Source: Flavobacteriaceae bacterium | Lineage (GTDB): Bacteria; Bacteroidota; Bacteroidia; Flavobacteriales; Flavobacteriaceae | Assembly: GCA_020346245.1 (NCBI GenBank) | Contig: CP070778.1 | Coordinates: forward strand, 2,250,070 to 2,314,069 | DNA: 64,000 bases | Reading direction: 5' to 3' | Shown here: positions 18,588-29,263 of the stretch, one piece after another | Numbering within the stretch: the first letter of the stretch is position 1 | Layout: every line of letters starts with the position of its first letter | Notes under the pieces: model-generated | What the model was told of the DNA's origin: nothing | What the model saw: the letters and a program-made list of their open reading frames with translations, nothing else | Databases searched by the model: none | Program-made: the position numbers and the translations under genes

Positions 18588-20789
18588 ATGGAAGTACAAC
18601 AGTTCTATTACGATAACAAAATCGTAAAAAAATTCCTCTATGCTACTTTATTCTGGGGAATCATTGGTATGCTGGTAGGATTACTACTGGCATTTATGTT
18701 TCTATTCCCTAATATTACCGATGGGATATCATTTCTAAGTTTTGGACGACTTCGCCCATTACACACAAATGCCGTAATTTTTGCGTTTGTAGGGAACGCG
18801 ATCTTTGCCGGGGTATATTATTCCACACAACGCCTGCTCAAAGCCCGTATGTTCAGTGATTTCCTAAGTAATTTCAATTTCTGGGGGTGGCAAACCATAA
18901 TAGTAGCGGCGGCAATAACACTTCCACTTGGAATAACTACTTCTAAAGAATATGCAGAATTGGAATGGCCAATTGATATTGCAATTGCACTGGTATGGGT
19001 AGCATTTGGATGGAACTTGATAGGAACAATGTTAAAGAGAAGACAACGTCACCTCTACGTAGCTATTTGGTTTTATCTGGCCACATTTGTAACCGTAGCT
19101 GTTCTCCATATCTTCAATAGTTTGGAATTACCGGTTAGTGCTTTAAAAAGCTATTCGGTATATGCGGGGGTTCAGGATGCTCTGGTTCAATGGTGGTACG
19201 GGCATAATGCTGTGGCTTTCTTCCTTACTACGCCTTTTTTAGGCCTCATGTATTATTTTGTTCCAAAAGCCGCGAACAGGCCTGTATACTCATATAGACT
19301 TTCTATCGTCCATTTCTGGTCATTGATTTTTATATATATCTGGGCAGGACCCCATCATTTACTCTATTCCTCTTTACCGGATTGGGCACAAAACTTAGGT
19401 GTTGCGTTTTCTGTAATGCTAATTGCTCCTTCCTGGGGTGGTATGATAAATGGGTTGTTAACCCTAAGAGGTGCATGGGATAAAGTACGAACAGACCCAA
19501 CCCTTAAATTTATGGTAGTTGCAATTACAGGCTATGGGATGGCAACTTTTGAAGGCCCCATGTTATCCTTAAAAAATGTAAATGCAATTGCGCATTTTAG
19601 TGATTGGATTATTGCCCATGTACATGTAGGTGCTCTGGCATGGAATGGTTTTCTTGCCTTTGGTATGATTTACTGGCTGGTTCCTAAAATGTTTAAAACC
19701 AGATTGCATTCTACACCAATGGCTAATTTCCATTTCTGGATAGGGACATTAGGGATCATTTTATATGCATTGCCCATGTATGTGGCCGGCTTTACCCAGG
19801 CATTAATGTGGAAAGATTTTAATCCGGATGGCTCCCTGGTTTATGGAAATTTCCTTGAGACTGTAAATGAAATTATCCCTATGTACTGGATGCGAGCCAT
19901 TGGCGGCACGCTTTACATTGTTGGCTTTGTTGTTATGTTGTACAACATAGTAGTAACTGTTCGCTCAGGTAGCGAGGTAGAGGATGAACTGGCAGAAGCA
20001 GCTGCATTAACAAGGGTATCTAAAAAAAGAACCGCAGGAGAAACATATCATACCTGGCTGGAACGCAAGCCTATTAAATTAACCATATTCGCGACTATTG
20101 CCATACTTATAGGGGGGATTGTTCAGATAGTTCCAACTATACTAGTGAAGTCTAATATCCCAACGATTACAAGTGTAAAACCATATACACCTTTGGAATT
20201 GGAAGGAAGAGATCTTTATATACGCGAGGGATGTGTAGGTTGTCATTCTCAGATGATTCGTCCTTTCAGAAGTGAGGTGGAACGTTATGGCGAATATGCC
20301 AAAGCAGGCGAGTTTGTTTATGATCACCCATTCCTATGGGGTAGTAAACGAACAGGTCCCGATTTATTGCGAATTGGGGGTAAATATTCCGACAGCTGGC
20401 ATCTTAACCATATGTATGACCCGCAAAGCACCTCATCAGGTTCTATTATGCCGGCATATCAGTGGTTGGTTCGAAACAAACATGATCGTAGTGGCATAAA
20501 GGGCAAAATGGAGGCTATGGTTAGTCTTGGTGTCCCTTATACCGAAGAAGATATTGCAAATGCCGCGACTTCTATGGAAGAGCAGTCTATTCAGATAGAA
20601 GAAAATCTTTACGCGGATCCCGATTTTGTAAAATCTTATGAGGCGGATAAAAAATATGCTGCAGAAAACGGATTGGAATTTGTAGAAATGCGCGATCGTG
20701 AGATCGTTTCACTAATCGCCTATTTACAGCGTTTAGGTACAGATATAAAAGTTAAGCAAACAGACGAATTATTGTCAGAAAACAAGTAG
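18588..20789 (+). CDS. ccoN: Fused cbb3-type cytochrome c oxidase subunits I/II (CcoN-CcoO)
   Basis: [19 protein letters not shown] and AHVH (CcoN), then [13 protein letters not shown] and [10 protein letters not shown] (CcoO). Confidence 0.97.
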   Translation: MEVQQFYYDNKIVKKFLYATLFWGIIGMLVGLLLAFMFLFPNITDGISFLSFGRLRPLHTNAVIFAFVGNAIFAGVYYSTQRLLKARMFSDFLSNFNFWGWQTIIVAAAITLPLGITTSKEYAELEWPIDIAIALVWVAFGWNLIGTMLKRRQRHLYVAIWFYLATFVTVAVLHIFNSLELPVSALKSYSVYAGVQDALVQWWYGHNAVAFFLTTPFLGLMYYFVPKAANRPVYSYRLSIVHFWSLIFIYIWAGPHHLLYSSLPDWAQNLGVAFSVMLIAPSWGGMINGLLTLRGAWDKVRTDPTLKFMVVAITGYGMATFEGPMLSLKNVNAIAHFSDWIIAHVHVGALAWNGFLAFGMIYWLVPKMFKTRLHSTPMANFHFWIGTLGIILYALPMYVAGFTQALMWKDFNPDGSLVYGNFLETVNEIIPMYWMRAIGGTLYIVGFVVMLYNIVVTVRSGSEVEDELAEAAALTRVSKKRTAGETYHTWLERKPIKLTIFATIAILIGGIVQIVPTILVKSNIPTITSVKPYTPLELEGRDLYIREGCVGCHSQMIRPFRSEVERYGEYAKAGEFVYDHPFLWGSKRTGPDLLRIGGKYSDSWHLNHMYDPQSTSSGSIMPAYQWLVRNKHDRSGIKGKMEAMVSLGVPYTEEDIANAATSMEEQSIQIEENLYADPDFVKSYEADKKYAAENGLEFVEMRDREIVSLIAYLQRLGTDIKVKQTDELLSENK

Positions 20790-20792
20790 ATC

Positions 20793-20975
20793 ATGCTAAA
20801 ATTTATAAAAAATCACATGGAAAGTATGGAAGGTATTGCCACCTATCCCATGATATCACTACTTATCTTTTTTATATTTTTTGCGATTCTTTTTTGGTGG
20901 GTATTTACTGCCTCTAAAGAGCATATAAAAGAAGTAAGTGAAATACCCTTAGAAGATAATCAACCAAAACAATAA
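20793..20975 (+). CDS. ccoQ: cbb3 oxidase subunit CcoQ
   Basis: 60 aa, single TM helix ending in IPLED, located between ccoNO and ccoP. Confidence 0.88.
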   Translation: MLKFIKNHMESMEGIATYPMISLLIFFIFFAILFWWVFTASKEHIKEVSEIPLEDNQPKQ

Positions 20976-20980
20976 AAGCC

Positions 20981-21868
20981 ATGAAAAATATGTCACCCTG
21001 GTGGATCAGAATCCCAATAATATTCTTTGTCATCTTCGGACTGATGGAATACTTTATTGATTCCGGAGAAAAACCAGCATTTATTGAATATCCTATAACA
21101 CAGTTCTTTTTACTGATGGTGTTATTGATTTTAATTGCAATAGAACTTATTTTAAAGTCAATTGAAAATGTGATGTTTCAAACCCTTTCAGAAGAAGGTA
21201 AAGAAAGGTATTTGGAATCTAAAGCTAAACAATGGGAATGGATTTGGGCTAAGAAGATGTACCAAAAACTACTGGGCTCCGAACCCATAGAAGCTGAAGG
21301 CGAAATTATTCTTGACCATAATTATGATGGTATTAAAGAGTTAGACAACAAGTTGCCACCCTGGTGGGTTTACCTGTTTTATGCGACAATACTTTTTGGT
21401 GTTATTTATCTGATCAGATTCGAAATTTATGGTGATTACGATCAGGAATTGGAATATGAACTTGAAGTAGCAGAAGCACAGGCTGAAATAGAGGCGTACA
21501 AAAAAACGGCTAAAAATTTGGTAGATGTCAATACAGTGGAATTGTTAACAGAGGCTTCTGATATCAGCGCTGGAAAATCCATTTTTGAAACTAATTGCAT
21601 TGTGTGCCATATGGCAGATGGTGGCGGGGGAATAGGACCTAATCTCACGGACGAATACTGGATTTCGGGAGGAGGAATTAAAAATGTCTTTAATACAGTT
21701 TCTGAAGGAGGACGAGCCGGCAAAGGAATGGTATCCTGGAAACAAACCCTGAAACCATTGGAAATCGCACAGGTATCTAGCTATTTGCTCAATTTCCAGG
21801 GCACAACACCTGCTAACCCGAAGGCGGCTGAAGGAGATCTATGGGTTGAAGAGAATGCTCAGGAATAG
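20981..21868 (+). CDS. ccoP: cbb3 oxidase subunit III CcoP (monoheme)
   Basis: DHNYDGIKELDNKLPPWW, CIVCH and GPNLTD motifs. Confidence 0.93.
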   Translation: MKNMSPWWIRIPIIFFVIFGLMEYFIDSGEKPAFIEYPITQFFLLMVLLILIAIELILKSIENVMFQTLSEEGKERYLESKAKQWEWIWAKKMYQKLLGSEPIEAEGEIILDHNYDGIKELDNKLPPWWVYLFYATILFGVIYLIRFEIYGDYDQELEYELEVAEAQAEIEAYKKTAKNLVDVNTVELLTEASDISAGKSIFETNCIVCHMADGGGGIGPNLTDEYWISGGGIKNVFNTVSEGGRAGKGMVSWKQTLKPLEIAQVSSYLLNFQGTTPANPKAAEGDLWVEENAQE

Positions 21869-21973
21869 GATAGACGCTGTCTAAAGCTACTTTGGAATAA
21901 AAGATAGCTTCTATAGCCGTTGTTATGAATATAGCCCCTTTTCAGGCAGGAACCGGGAATAGGAATTAAAACT

Positions 21974-23383
21974 ATGGAAGAGAATTTCAGGGATAGTATA
22001 GGGACCATTGACGAAGAAGGAAAGCGGGCCTGGATATTTCCCAAAAAACCCAGTGGAAGGTATTATAAATATCGAAAATGGGTTAGCTACGGATTATTGA
22101 TTTTCCTATTTGCTTCTCCATTTGTTAAGATAAATGGAAACCAGTTCCTGATGTTTAATGTTTTGGAACGGAGGTTCAATATTTTTAGTTTTCCGTTCTG
22201 GCCACAGGATTTTCACCTTTTTGTTATTTCCATGATTATTGGGGTGATTTTTGTTGCTCTTTTTACCGTTGCATTTGGTCGTATTTTTTGTGGATGGATG
22301 TGCCCGCAAACAATATTCATGGAAATGGTCTTCAGACGGATTGAGTATTGGATAGATGGAGACAGAGGTGCTCAGATGCGTTTGGCAAAGCAGTCGTGGA
22401 ATGCGGAAAAAATAAGGAAACGACTATTAAAATGGTTTGTGTTCTTTGTAATATCCTTTTTAATTGCAAATGTCTTCCTGGCCTATCTTATTGGTAGTGA
22501 CCAATTAATACAATACGTCACAGATGGCCCTCTCACACATATAAGCACTTTGGTATCTCTGCTTATTTTTACGGCAGTATTCTATTTTGTCTTTGCGTGG
22601 TTCAGAGAACAGGTCTGTATAATTGCCTGTCCCTATGGGAGAATGCAAGGGGTCTTATTAGACAACAAGTCCATTGTAGTTGCCTATGACCACAAGCGTG
22701 GTGAAGGTGAAAATGGGCGCAAGAAATTTCGTAAAAATGAAGATCGGGAAGCATTGGGTCATGGTGACTGTATTGACTGCTTTCAATGCGTGAATGTATG
22801 CCCAACCGGTATTGATATTAGAAATGGCACCCAGTTAGAATGCGTGAATTGTACGGCGTGTATTGATGAGTGCGATACTATTATGGAAAAAATAAATCTT
22901 CCAAAAGGTCTTATTCGGTATGCCAGTGAGGATAATATTGAACGAAAAGCAAAATTCACGTTTAATCCCAGGTTAAAAGGATATGCCGCTGTACTTGTAA
23001 TTTTAACCGGAGTACTCATTGGAATGCTCTTCTTAAGAAATGATCTGGAAGCCAATATTCTAAGATTACCGGGTCAACTATACGAACGCAAAGAAGGAAA
23101 CATGATCAGTAATGTATATACCTACAAGCTGATAAATAAAACATCCAAAGACATTGAAAATGTAAGTTTTAAACTTCTCTCGCATAAAGGAAATATTGAT
23201 TTGGTATCGCACCGTAGTTTTGAAGTCCCTGCACAACAATTGGCAGAAGGCACGTTATTCATTGAAATTAATAATGCTGCTTTAAATGGGGATAAGGACA
23301 AACTGAAGATTGGTGTATATAGCGGAGAAGAATTAATTGAAACTACTACTGCCAGGTTCCTGGCACCAAGAAGTTATAATTAG
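21974..23383 (+). CDS. ccoG: Cytochrome c oxidase accessory protein CcoG/FixG
   Basis: GRIFCGWMCPQT, CPYGRMQ, two 4Fe-4S motifs and a C-terminal Ig-like domain. Confidence 0.95.
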   Translation: MEENFRDSIGTIDEEGKRAWIFPKKPSGRYYKYRKWVSYGLLIFLFASPFVKINGNQFLMFNVLERRFNIFSFPFWPQDFHLFVISMIIGVIFVALFTVAFGRIFCGWMCPQTIFMEMVFRRIEYWIDGDRGAQMRLAKQSWNAEKIRKRLLKWFVFFVISFLIANVFLAYLIGSDQLIQYVTDGPLTHISTLVSLLIFTAVFYFVFAWFREQVCIIACPYGRMQGVLLDNKSIVVAYDHKRGEGENGRKKFRKNEDREALGHGDCIDCFQCVNVCPTGIDIRNGTQLECVNCTACIDECDTIMEKINLPKGLIRYASEDNIERKAKFTFNPRLKGYAAVLVILTGVLIGMLFLRNDLEANILRLPGQLYERKEGNMISNVYTYKLINKTSKDIENVSFKLLSHKGNIDLVSHRSFEVPAQQLAEGTLFIEINNAALNGDKDKLKIGVYSGEELIETTTARFLAPRSYN

Positions 23384-23411
23384 CAGTATTTAATAATATG
23401 AAATTAAAAGT

Positions 23412-23858
23412 ATGAAGTTTAATTGGGGAACAGGAATAGTTTTGGCATTTGCAGCATTTATTGCGTTTATACTGTATTTCGTAATTCTTGCCAGTACAGA
23501 TAACAGTGCAAACCATGATTTGGTCACAGAAGAGTATTACAAGGAAGAACTGGCCTATCAGAAGGAGATTGATGCGCTTTCCAATGCTAAGGTTTATGCT
23601 TCGCAATTCACTTTTGTCAAACAAGAAAAGGGGCTGGCTATTACGTTTCCCCAAAAAATGAATTTTAAAGATATAGAAGGCAAAGTGTCCCTATACAGAC
23701 CATCCAATAAACACTTGGATTTTGACTTTCCTATAAGTTTATCCAATAAACATTTGCTCATACCTGACAAACGTTTGTTGGATGGTCGCTGGGACATAAA
23801 AATATATTGGAATTATCAGGGCAAAGAGTACCTGATTAAAAAAAGCATCACCTATTAA
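23412..23858 (+). CDS. ccoH: FixH/CcoH family protein
   Basis: NWGTGI, DLVTEEYY and LYRPS..LD motifs; position in the operon. Confidence 0.88.
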   Translation: MKFNWGTGIVLAFAAFIAFILYFVILASTDNSANHDLVTEEYYKEELAYQKEIDALSNAKVYASQFTFVKQEKGLAITFPQKMNFKDIEGKVSLYRPSNKHLDFDFPISLSNKHLLIPDKRLLDGRWDIKIYWNYQGKEYLIKKSITY

Positions 23859-23866
23859 TTGATAGT

Positions 23867-24568
23867 ATGTTATTATCAGCTTTGGTTTTGGGCCTTATGG
23901 GAAGTTTGCACTGCATAGGAATGTGTGGCCCTATTGCATTTATGCTACCTGTAAATCAGACTAATATGTATAAAAAAGCAGGCCAGGTTTTTATCTACCA
24001 TTTTGGAAGATTAATGGCCTATGGTATTATTGGTGCTTTATTTGGCCTATTAGGCAAGGGGCTATACATCTTTGGCATACAGCAAAAGCTTTCCATCTTA
24101 ATTGGTGTACTTATGATATTGGCAGTAACAATACCTTACAAGTCTATAAGCAGGTTTGGTCTTTCAAAACCGGCATATAGGGTTATTGGAAAAATTAAAA
24201 ATAGTTTAGGTAAAGCGCTGAATAAGAAAACGACAGATACATTTCTCACCATAGGTTTTCTAAATGGCTTCCTGCCTTGCGGCTTGGTTTATATGGCCCT
24301 GCTGGGTGCAATTGCAATGGGTACTGCTGTTGAAGGCTCAATATATATGATCTTGTTTGGTCTGGGAACAGTTCCTTTAATGACAGCAGCAGTTTACCTG
24401 AGCGGAGTCTTAAAGGATTCTGCTAAACAACGAATACGGAAATTAATACCGGTTTTTGTGGTTATTATCGGAGTACTTTTTATTTTAAGAGGAATGGGTT
24501 TAGGAATACCTTATGTATCTCCTAAACAAATGAATGAAGTGGTTGGTACAGAATTAGAATGTCACTAG
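23867..24568 (+). CDS. DsbD_2 / TauE-SafE-like membrane protein of cbb3 clusters
   Basis: GSLHCIGMCGP, GFLPCGLVY and FGLGTVP motifs. Confidence 0.9.
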   Translation: MLLSALVLGLMGSLHCIGMCGPIAFMLPVNQTNMYKKAGQVFIYHFGRLMAYGIIGALFGLLGKGLYIFGIQQKLSILIGVLMILAVTIPYKSISRFGLSKPAYRVIGKIKNSLGKALNKKTTDTFLTIGFLNGFLPCGLVYMALLGAIAMGTAVEGSIYMILFGLGTVPLMTAAVYLSGVLKDSAKQRIRKLIPVFVVIIGVLFILRGMGLGIPYVSPKQMNEVVGTELECH

Positions 24569-24620
24569 CCTAAATCAATTTTTTGATAAGGCATTTTATA
24601 AATCCAATAAAAATACTAAC

Positions 24621-25892
24621 ATGAAAATTGTTACTGCGGCTGAAGCTGCTTCAATAGTTAATTCTGGAGATAGGATATTCTTGCAGGGAGCTGCTATGAC
24701 TCCTAATACCTTAATAAATGGTATTTGTGAAAGGTATGAGGAATTGGAGGATGTAGAAATCATTTCAATTCATACTGAAGGAGAAGTAAAGTATGCAATC
24801 CCTCCCTATAATCAGGCCTTTAATATTAATAGTTGTTTTGTTGGGGGTAATGTCAGAAAAGCAGTGAATACAAATAAAGGTGATTATATCCCTATTTTTC
24901 TTAGTGAAATACACTTTCTTTTCAGGCGAAATATTTTACCCCTTGATATTGCCGTTGTTCAGGTATCACCCCCGGACCATCATGGGTATTGTTCTTTAGG
25001 TGTATCCGTAGATATTGCTATACCAGCAATACAAACGGCTAAGAAAGTAATTGCTCAGATTAATCCACAGGTTCCAAGAACTCATGGCGATGGCATTATA
25101 CATAAAGACCGTATTGATATGGCCATAGAGGTAGACGAGCCTATCCATGTTGCACCGATCACACAAATAACGGAATTAGAGCACAAAATAGGCAAAAATG
25201 TTGCGAGCCTTATAGAAGATGGTGCCACTTTACAATTGGGTATAGGTAATATCCCAAATGCTGTTTTGAGCAATTTATACAATCATCAAAGATTGGGGGT
25301 TCATACAGAAATGTTTTCAGATGGCCTGCTTCCATTAGTAGAGAAAGGTATTATAACTGGTGAGGAAAAGGAGATAAAAACCAATAAAATTGTAACAAGT
25401 TTCGCCGCAGGAACTAAAAATTTATACGACTTTGTAGATGACAATCCATTGGTACATTTTAAAGAAGCAGCATATACAAATGACACTAATTTAATTGCAA
25501 GAAATCCAAAGGTAACTGCAATAAACAGCGCTATTGAAATAGATTTGACCGGACAGGTATGCGCCGATAGTATTGGACAACGTCACTTTTCCGGTGTAGG
25601 AGGTCAAATGGATTTTATACGCGGTGCGACCATTTCTGAAGGGGGAAAACCAATTTTTGCTATTTCCTCAGCAACTCCAAAAGGAGTAAGCAAGATTACG
25701 CCTACACTTAAAGACGGTGCAGGGGTTACTACCACAAGAGCACATGTGCACTACGTGGTAACTGAATATGGTGTCGTAAACCTTTTTGGTAAAAATTTAT
25801 ATGAAAGAGCAAAGGCCTTAATCTCTATTGCACATCCGAACCATCGTGAAATGCTTAATAAGGCTGCCTATGAACGATTTGATCGATCTTAA
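24621..25892 (+). CDS. Acetyl-CoA hydrolase/transferase family CoA transferase
   Basis: TLQLGIG, GVHTEM (catalytic Glu), SGVGGQMDF and VVTEYG motifs. Confidence 0.92.
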   Translation: MKIVTAAEAASIVNSGDRIFLQGAAMTPNTLINGICERYEELEDVEIISIHTEGEVKYAIPPYNQAFNINSCFVGGNVRKAVNTNKGDYIPIFLSEIHFLFRRNILPLDIAVVQVSPPDHHGYCSLGVSVDIAIPAIQTAKKVIAQINPQVPRTHGDGIIHKDRIDMAIEVDEPIHVAPITQITELEHKIGKNVASLIEDGATLQLGIGNIPNAVLSNLYNHQRLGVHTEMFSDGLLPLVEKGIITGEEKEIKTNKIVTSFAAGTKNLYDFVDDNPLVHFKEAAYTNDTNLIARNPKVTAINSAIEIDLTGQVCADSIGQRHFSGVGGQMDFIRGATISEGGKPIFAISSATPKGVSKITPTLKDGAGVTTTRAHVHYVVTEYGVVNLFGKNLYERAKALISIAHPNHREMLNKAAYERFDRS

Positions 25893-25901
25893 AAAGTATT
25901 C

Positions 25902-26552
25902 ATGCAAATAGAAAAATACATAGATCACACTTTATTAAAACCGGTGGCAACCCCCGATGCAATAAAACAGTTATGCGCTGAGGCCCAGGAATATGATTTT
26001 TATGCTGTTTGTGTTAATAGTTGTTACGTAGCCCTGGCCAAAGAAGAATTGAAGGGTTCTGGCATAAAAATAGCAGCAGTAGTTGGTTTTCCATTAGGCG
26101 CCATGTCCACAGAAGCCAAAGTATACGAGGCTCGGTTTTGCATAGAACAAGGCGCTGATGAAATAGATATGGTAATGAATCTTGGTTGGTTAAAATTCGG
26201 GGAATTTGGTCTTGTCAAAGAGGAAATAACTCTAATAAAAAAGGCCATAGGGTCCAGGAAATTAAAGGTTATCATTGAGACTTGTTACCTGACTGCCGAA
26301 GAAAAGAAAATAGCCAGCATGCTGGTTGTTGAGGGTAAGGCAGATTTTGTAAAAACTTCAACCGGATTTGGCTCTGGGGGGGCCACATTTGAAGATATTG
26401 AACTAATAAGTAATGTAATTCAAAATAAAATAAAGATTAAAGCCTCAGGAGGAATAAAAGATAAAAAAACCGCCCTGCGTTATTTAGATATGGGGGTTTC
26501 GCGCTTAGGTACTTCTTCAGGAATTACGATTGTTAAAGACACTAATCCATAA
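25902..26552 (+). CDS. deoC: Deoxyribose-phosphate aldolase
   Basis: IDHTLL, VGFPLG, GADEIDMV, FVKTSTGF and KASGG motifs. Confidence 0.96.
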   Translation: MQIEKYIDHTLLKPVATPDAIKQLCAEAQEYDFYAVCVNSCYVALAKEELKGSGIKIAAVVGFPLGAMSTEAKVYEARFCIEQGADEIDMVMNLGWLKFGEFGLVKEEITLIKKAIGSRKLKVIIETCYLTAEEKKIASMLVVEGKADFVKTSTGFGSGGATFEDIELISNVIQNKIKIKASGGIKDKKTALRYLDMGVSRLGTSSGITIVKDTNP

Positions 26553-26555
26553 GCT

Positions 26556-27260
26556 ATGAGTGCCCACATTGATGCTAAAAAGAACGAGATTGCAGATTCA
26601 GTCCTTATGCCGGGGGACCCACTACGGGCCAAATGGATGGCTGAAACGTTTTTAGATAAACCTTATTGCTACTCAAATGTTCGGGGTATGCTTGGTTATA
26701 CCGGCGAATTTAAAGGACAACGTATTTCAATACAGGGAAGCGGTATGGGGATACCCTCCGCAATGATTTACTATCATGAACTTATTAATGATTATAATGT
26801 GAAAAGAATAATCCGGGTGGGAACAGCCGGGTCATATCAAAAGGATGTCAACCTTAGAGATGTTGTTTTAGCCTTATCTGCTTCAACAAATTCGGGGATT
26901 AACAATGCTATTTTTAATGATGTAAACTATGCCCCTACGGCCAACTTCGATTTACTCATGAAAGCCGTTACCTATACAAAGGAAAACAACATTCCCATAA
27001 AAGTAGGTAATGTTCTTTCTTCAGACCTTTATTACGAGCACGATCCAAGGGCTTATAAAAAGTGGGCCGATTATGGGGTAAAGTGTGTTGAGATGGAAGC
27101 AGCAGGCCTTTACAGCATTGCGGCAAAATTCAATATTGAAGCCCTGACAATTCTTACAATTTCAGATTCATTGGTAACCGGAGAGAAATGCAGTTTTGAA
27201 GATCGGGAACGAACATTCGAAGAAATGGTTCAGATTGCGCTTAATATATGTCTTGATTAA
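26556..27260 (+). CDS. deoD: Purine-nucleoside phosphorylase (hexameric DeoD type)
   Basis: PGDPLRAK, VRGMLGYTG, GMGIPS, RVGTAG and VEMEAA motifs. Confidence 0.95.
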   Translation: MSAHIDAKKNEIADSVLMPGDPLRAKWMAETFLDKPYCYSNVRGMLGYTGEFKGQRISIQGSGMGIPSAMIYYHELINDYNVKRIIRVGTAGSYQKDVNLRDVVLALSASTNSGINNAIFNDVNYAPTANFDLLMKAVTYTKENNIPIKVGNVLSSDLYYEHDPRAYKKWADYGVKCVEMEAAGLYSIAAKFNIEALTILTISDSLVTGEKCSFEDRERTFEEMVQIALNICLD

Positions 27261-27277
27261 ACTAGCTGCATTGAACG

Positions 27278-27781
27278 ATGATCTATAGACACATCCCCGG
27301 GGTAAAAGTAAAGGCCCAGTTTTCTGTCTGCAAAAAATTTCGATATCAGCTTACCATAAATAATACTAAAAAAGCGAATGGCGATAGCTTATGTGTTATT
27401 ATGCAAAACCCCAGTATTGCTAATACAGAAATTGCCGATAAGTCCGTTCAATTTCTTGAAAAACTCGTTTTTGAAAAAGAACTTGAGTTATTTAACAATG
27501 TAAATACCATTATAATTGTAAACCAGTTTGCCCGTATTCAAACTAAATATTTTGAAGGTAAAACCGAGGATATTGGTCCTGTTAATGACATTCATATTCG
27601 AAATGCGATAGATCTATCCGACATAATACTGATTGCCTGGGGGAAGACTAACCCCTTTTTAAAACGACAGCAAGACATCCTCAGTATCATACCTTCAATT
27701 AAGCATGAAAAGCTTTTAATGACTAAGAAACATCCTTCCCGTGGTAGTTATAAAAATTTTATAGTGCCCTTTTCAAATTAA
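27278..27781 (+). CDS. DUF1643 family protein
   Basis: A.FS.C..FRY.L, MQNPS.A, VNQFA, IAWG and HPS motifs. Confidence 0.75.
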   Translation: MIYRHIPGVKVKAQFSVCKKFRYQLTINNTKKANGDSLCVIMQNPSIANTEIADKSVQFLEKLVFEKELELFNNVNTIIIVNQFARIQTKYFEGKTEDIGPVNDIHIRNAIDLSDIILIAWGKTNPFLKRQQDILSIIPSIKHEKLLMTKKHPSRGSYKNFIVPFSN

Positions 27782-28560
27782 AAATCCTTTCTTTTGGCCT
27801 TATATGATAATCGCCAAATTGGTAAAACGGTCCAAAGGATCAATGTGGTTATGGAAACGGTCAAACCTGTGTAAGTTCCAAAGAATTGCTTAAATATTGC
27901 CCCTGTATAACCTAAAAGTGCAGAAATATCCAATTTTAGAAGAATCAAGGTTCGTGAAAGATCAATAGGGTTGAACATTGTGGCTGCCAAAGAAAAAGAA
28001 TCTAAGGGATATTCTTCAAACAGGATCAATGACATTAAGAATAAGCCATCATAAATAACTGCCAAAAAAAGCCACAGCAATACGGCATACCCAAAACCTT
28101 TGATTTTGTTTTCATTGGATATGGCAATGTTAAAGGCCAAAGCAACGAAGATAAGTGTGAGAAATGCCCCCGTAATTAACAATAATGAAAAATCCCATAT
28201 CGTATCACTCTTAAACAAACCGTAAAGAACAAAAGGTAGTCCCAATCCCAAGACCAGGCTCAATGTTAAAGAACCGGCCACACCCAGATATTGCCCCAGG
28301 AATATTGAACTCCTTTTCAGAGGTTGAGCCAGTAACAGCTCAGTGAATTCTTTTGAATTATAGAAATACATGACCCCAAAAATGGTGCTTATTAGAGGTA
28401 CAAGAACAATGATAACGTTCATTAAGGTAATTACAGCTTTTGAAAGGTCATTGTTAAGAAATAAAAGCACGAAGCCTAATGCCAAATAGAATAAAAAATA
28501 CACATAGCTCCATCTGCTGCGCATTAAATCGTAAAAACTATATTTTAAAATCTTAAGCAT
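27778..28560 (-). CDS. nosY: ABC permease NosY
   Basis: ELLLAQPLKR and NPIDLSR motifs, about 6 TM helices; overlaps nosF. Confidence 0.88.
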   Translation of the reverse strand: MLKILKYSFYDLMRSRWSYVYFLFYLALGFVLLFLNNDLSKAVITLMNVIIVLVPLISTIFGVMYFYNSKEFTELLLAQPLKRSSIFLGQYLGVAGSLTLSLVLGLGLPFVLYGLFKSDTIWDFSLLLITGAFLTLIFVALAFNIAISNENKIKGFGYAVLLWLFLAVIYDGLFLMSLILFEEYPLDSFSLAATMFNPIDLSRTLILLKLDISALLGYTGAIFKQFFGTYTGLTVSITTLILWTVLPIWRLSYKAKRKDF

Positions 28561-29263
28561 CTGATGTCCGGGTTGCTATGGCCGCTATGGCATGTTCAAA
28601 ATCTGTTTGATTGGTTTTGGTCTTCAATTGCTCAACATTCCCTTTGAAAAAAATATTTCCTTCCAGGAGATATACAATTTCATCTGACATTTCTTCAACA
28701 AACTGCATAATATGAGTAGTGATCAATATGGTCTTTCCTTTGCTTTTTTCCTGTGTGAGCAGTTCTTTTAGCTTAATGAGCGACCCGGGATCCAAACCTG
28801 TAGTAGGTTCATCAAGTATAATCAAGGGACTATCGAACATAAAAGTCAATACAATGTTCACCTTTTGTTTGGTACCGCCAGAAAGAGTGCTTAATTTTTT
28901 ATCCAAAAAAGAATCCAAGTCAAAAAGTCTGATCAGATCTTTTTCCTTGCTATCCTTTTGACGAAGGTCTTTGATCATCCTAATTAATTCCTTTACCTTA
29001 AGGTTACCCGGAAAATTTGCTATTTGAGGGAGGTAATTTATCTCTTGTCTATATCTCCAATTCTTTTTTATTGTGCTGCCCTGAATTTCAATTTCACCTG
29101 AAGATGGAACTACCATTCCCAAAATACATTTAATCAATGTGGTTTTGCCAGAGCCATTGGGGCCCAGTACAGCAAATATTCCACTCCCATGAATGTCTAA
29201 ATCCAGATTAGAAAGCACCTGGTTTTTTCCAAATTTTTTATACAAATTTTCTATCTGTATCAT
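28553..29263 (-). CDS. nosF: ABC ATPase NosF
   Basis: GPNGSGKT, LSGG and LDEPTTGLD motifs; lies between nosD and nosY. Confidence 0.9.
   Translation of the reverse strand: MIQIENLYKKFGKNQVLSNLDLDIHGSGIFAVLGPNGSGKTTLIKCILGMVVPSSGEIEIQGSTIKKNWRYRQEINYLPQIANFPGNLKVKELIRMIKDLRQKDSKEKDLIRLFDLDSFLDKKLSTLSGGTKQKVNIVLTFMFDSPLIILDEPTTGLDPGSLIKLKELLTQEKSKGKTILITTHIMQFVEEMSDEIVYLLEGNIFFKGNVEQLKTKTNQTDFEHAIAAIATRTSDA

Noticed and set aside
18588-21868. CcoN-CcoO fusion and monoheme CcoP
   Set aside because: Usual architecture in Bacteroidota, so not novel.
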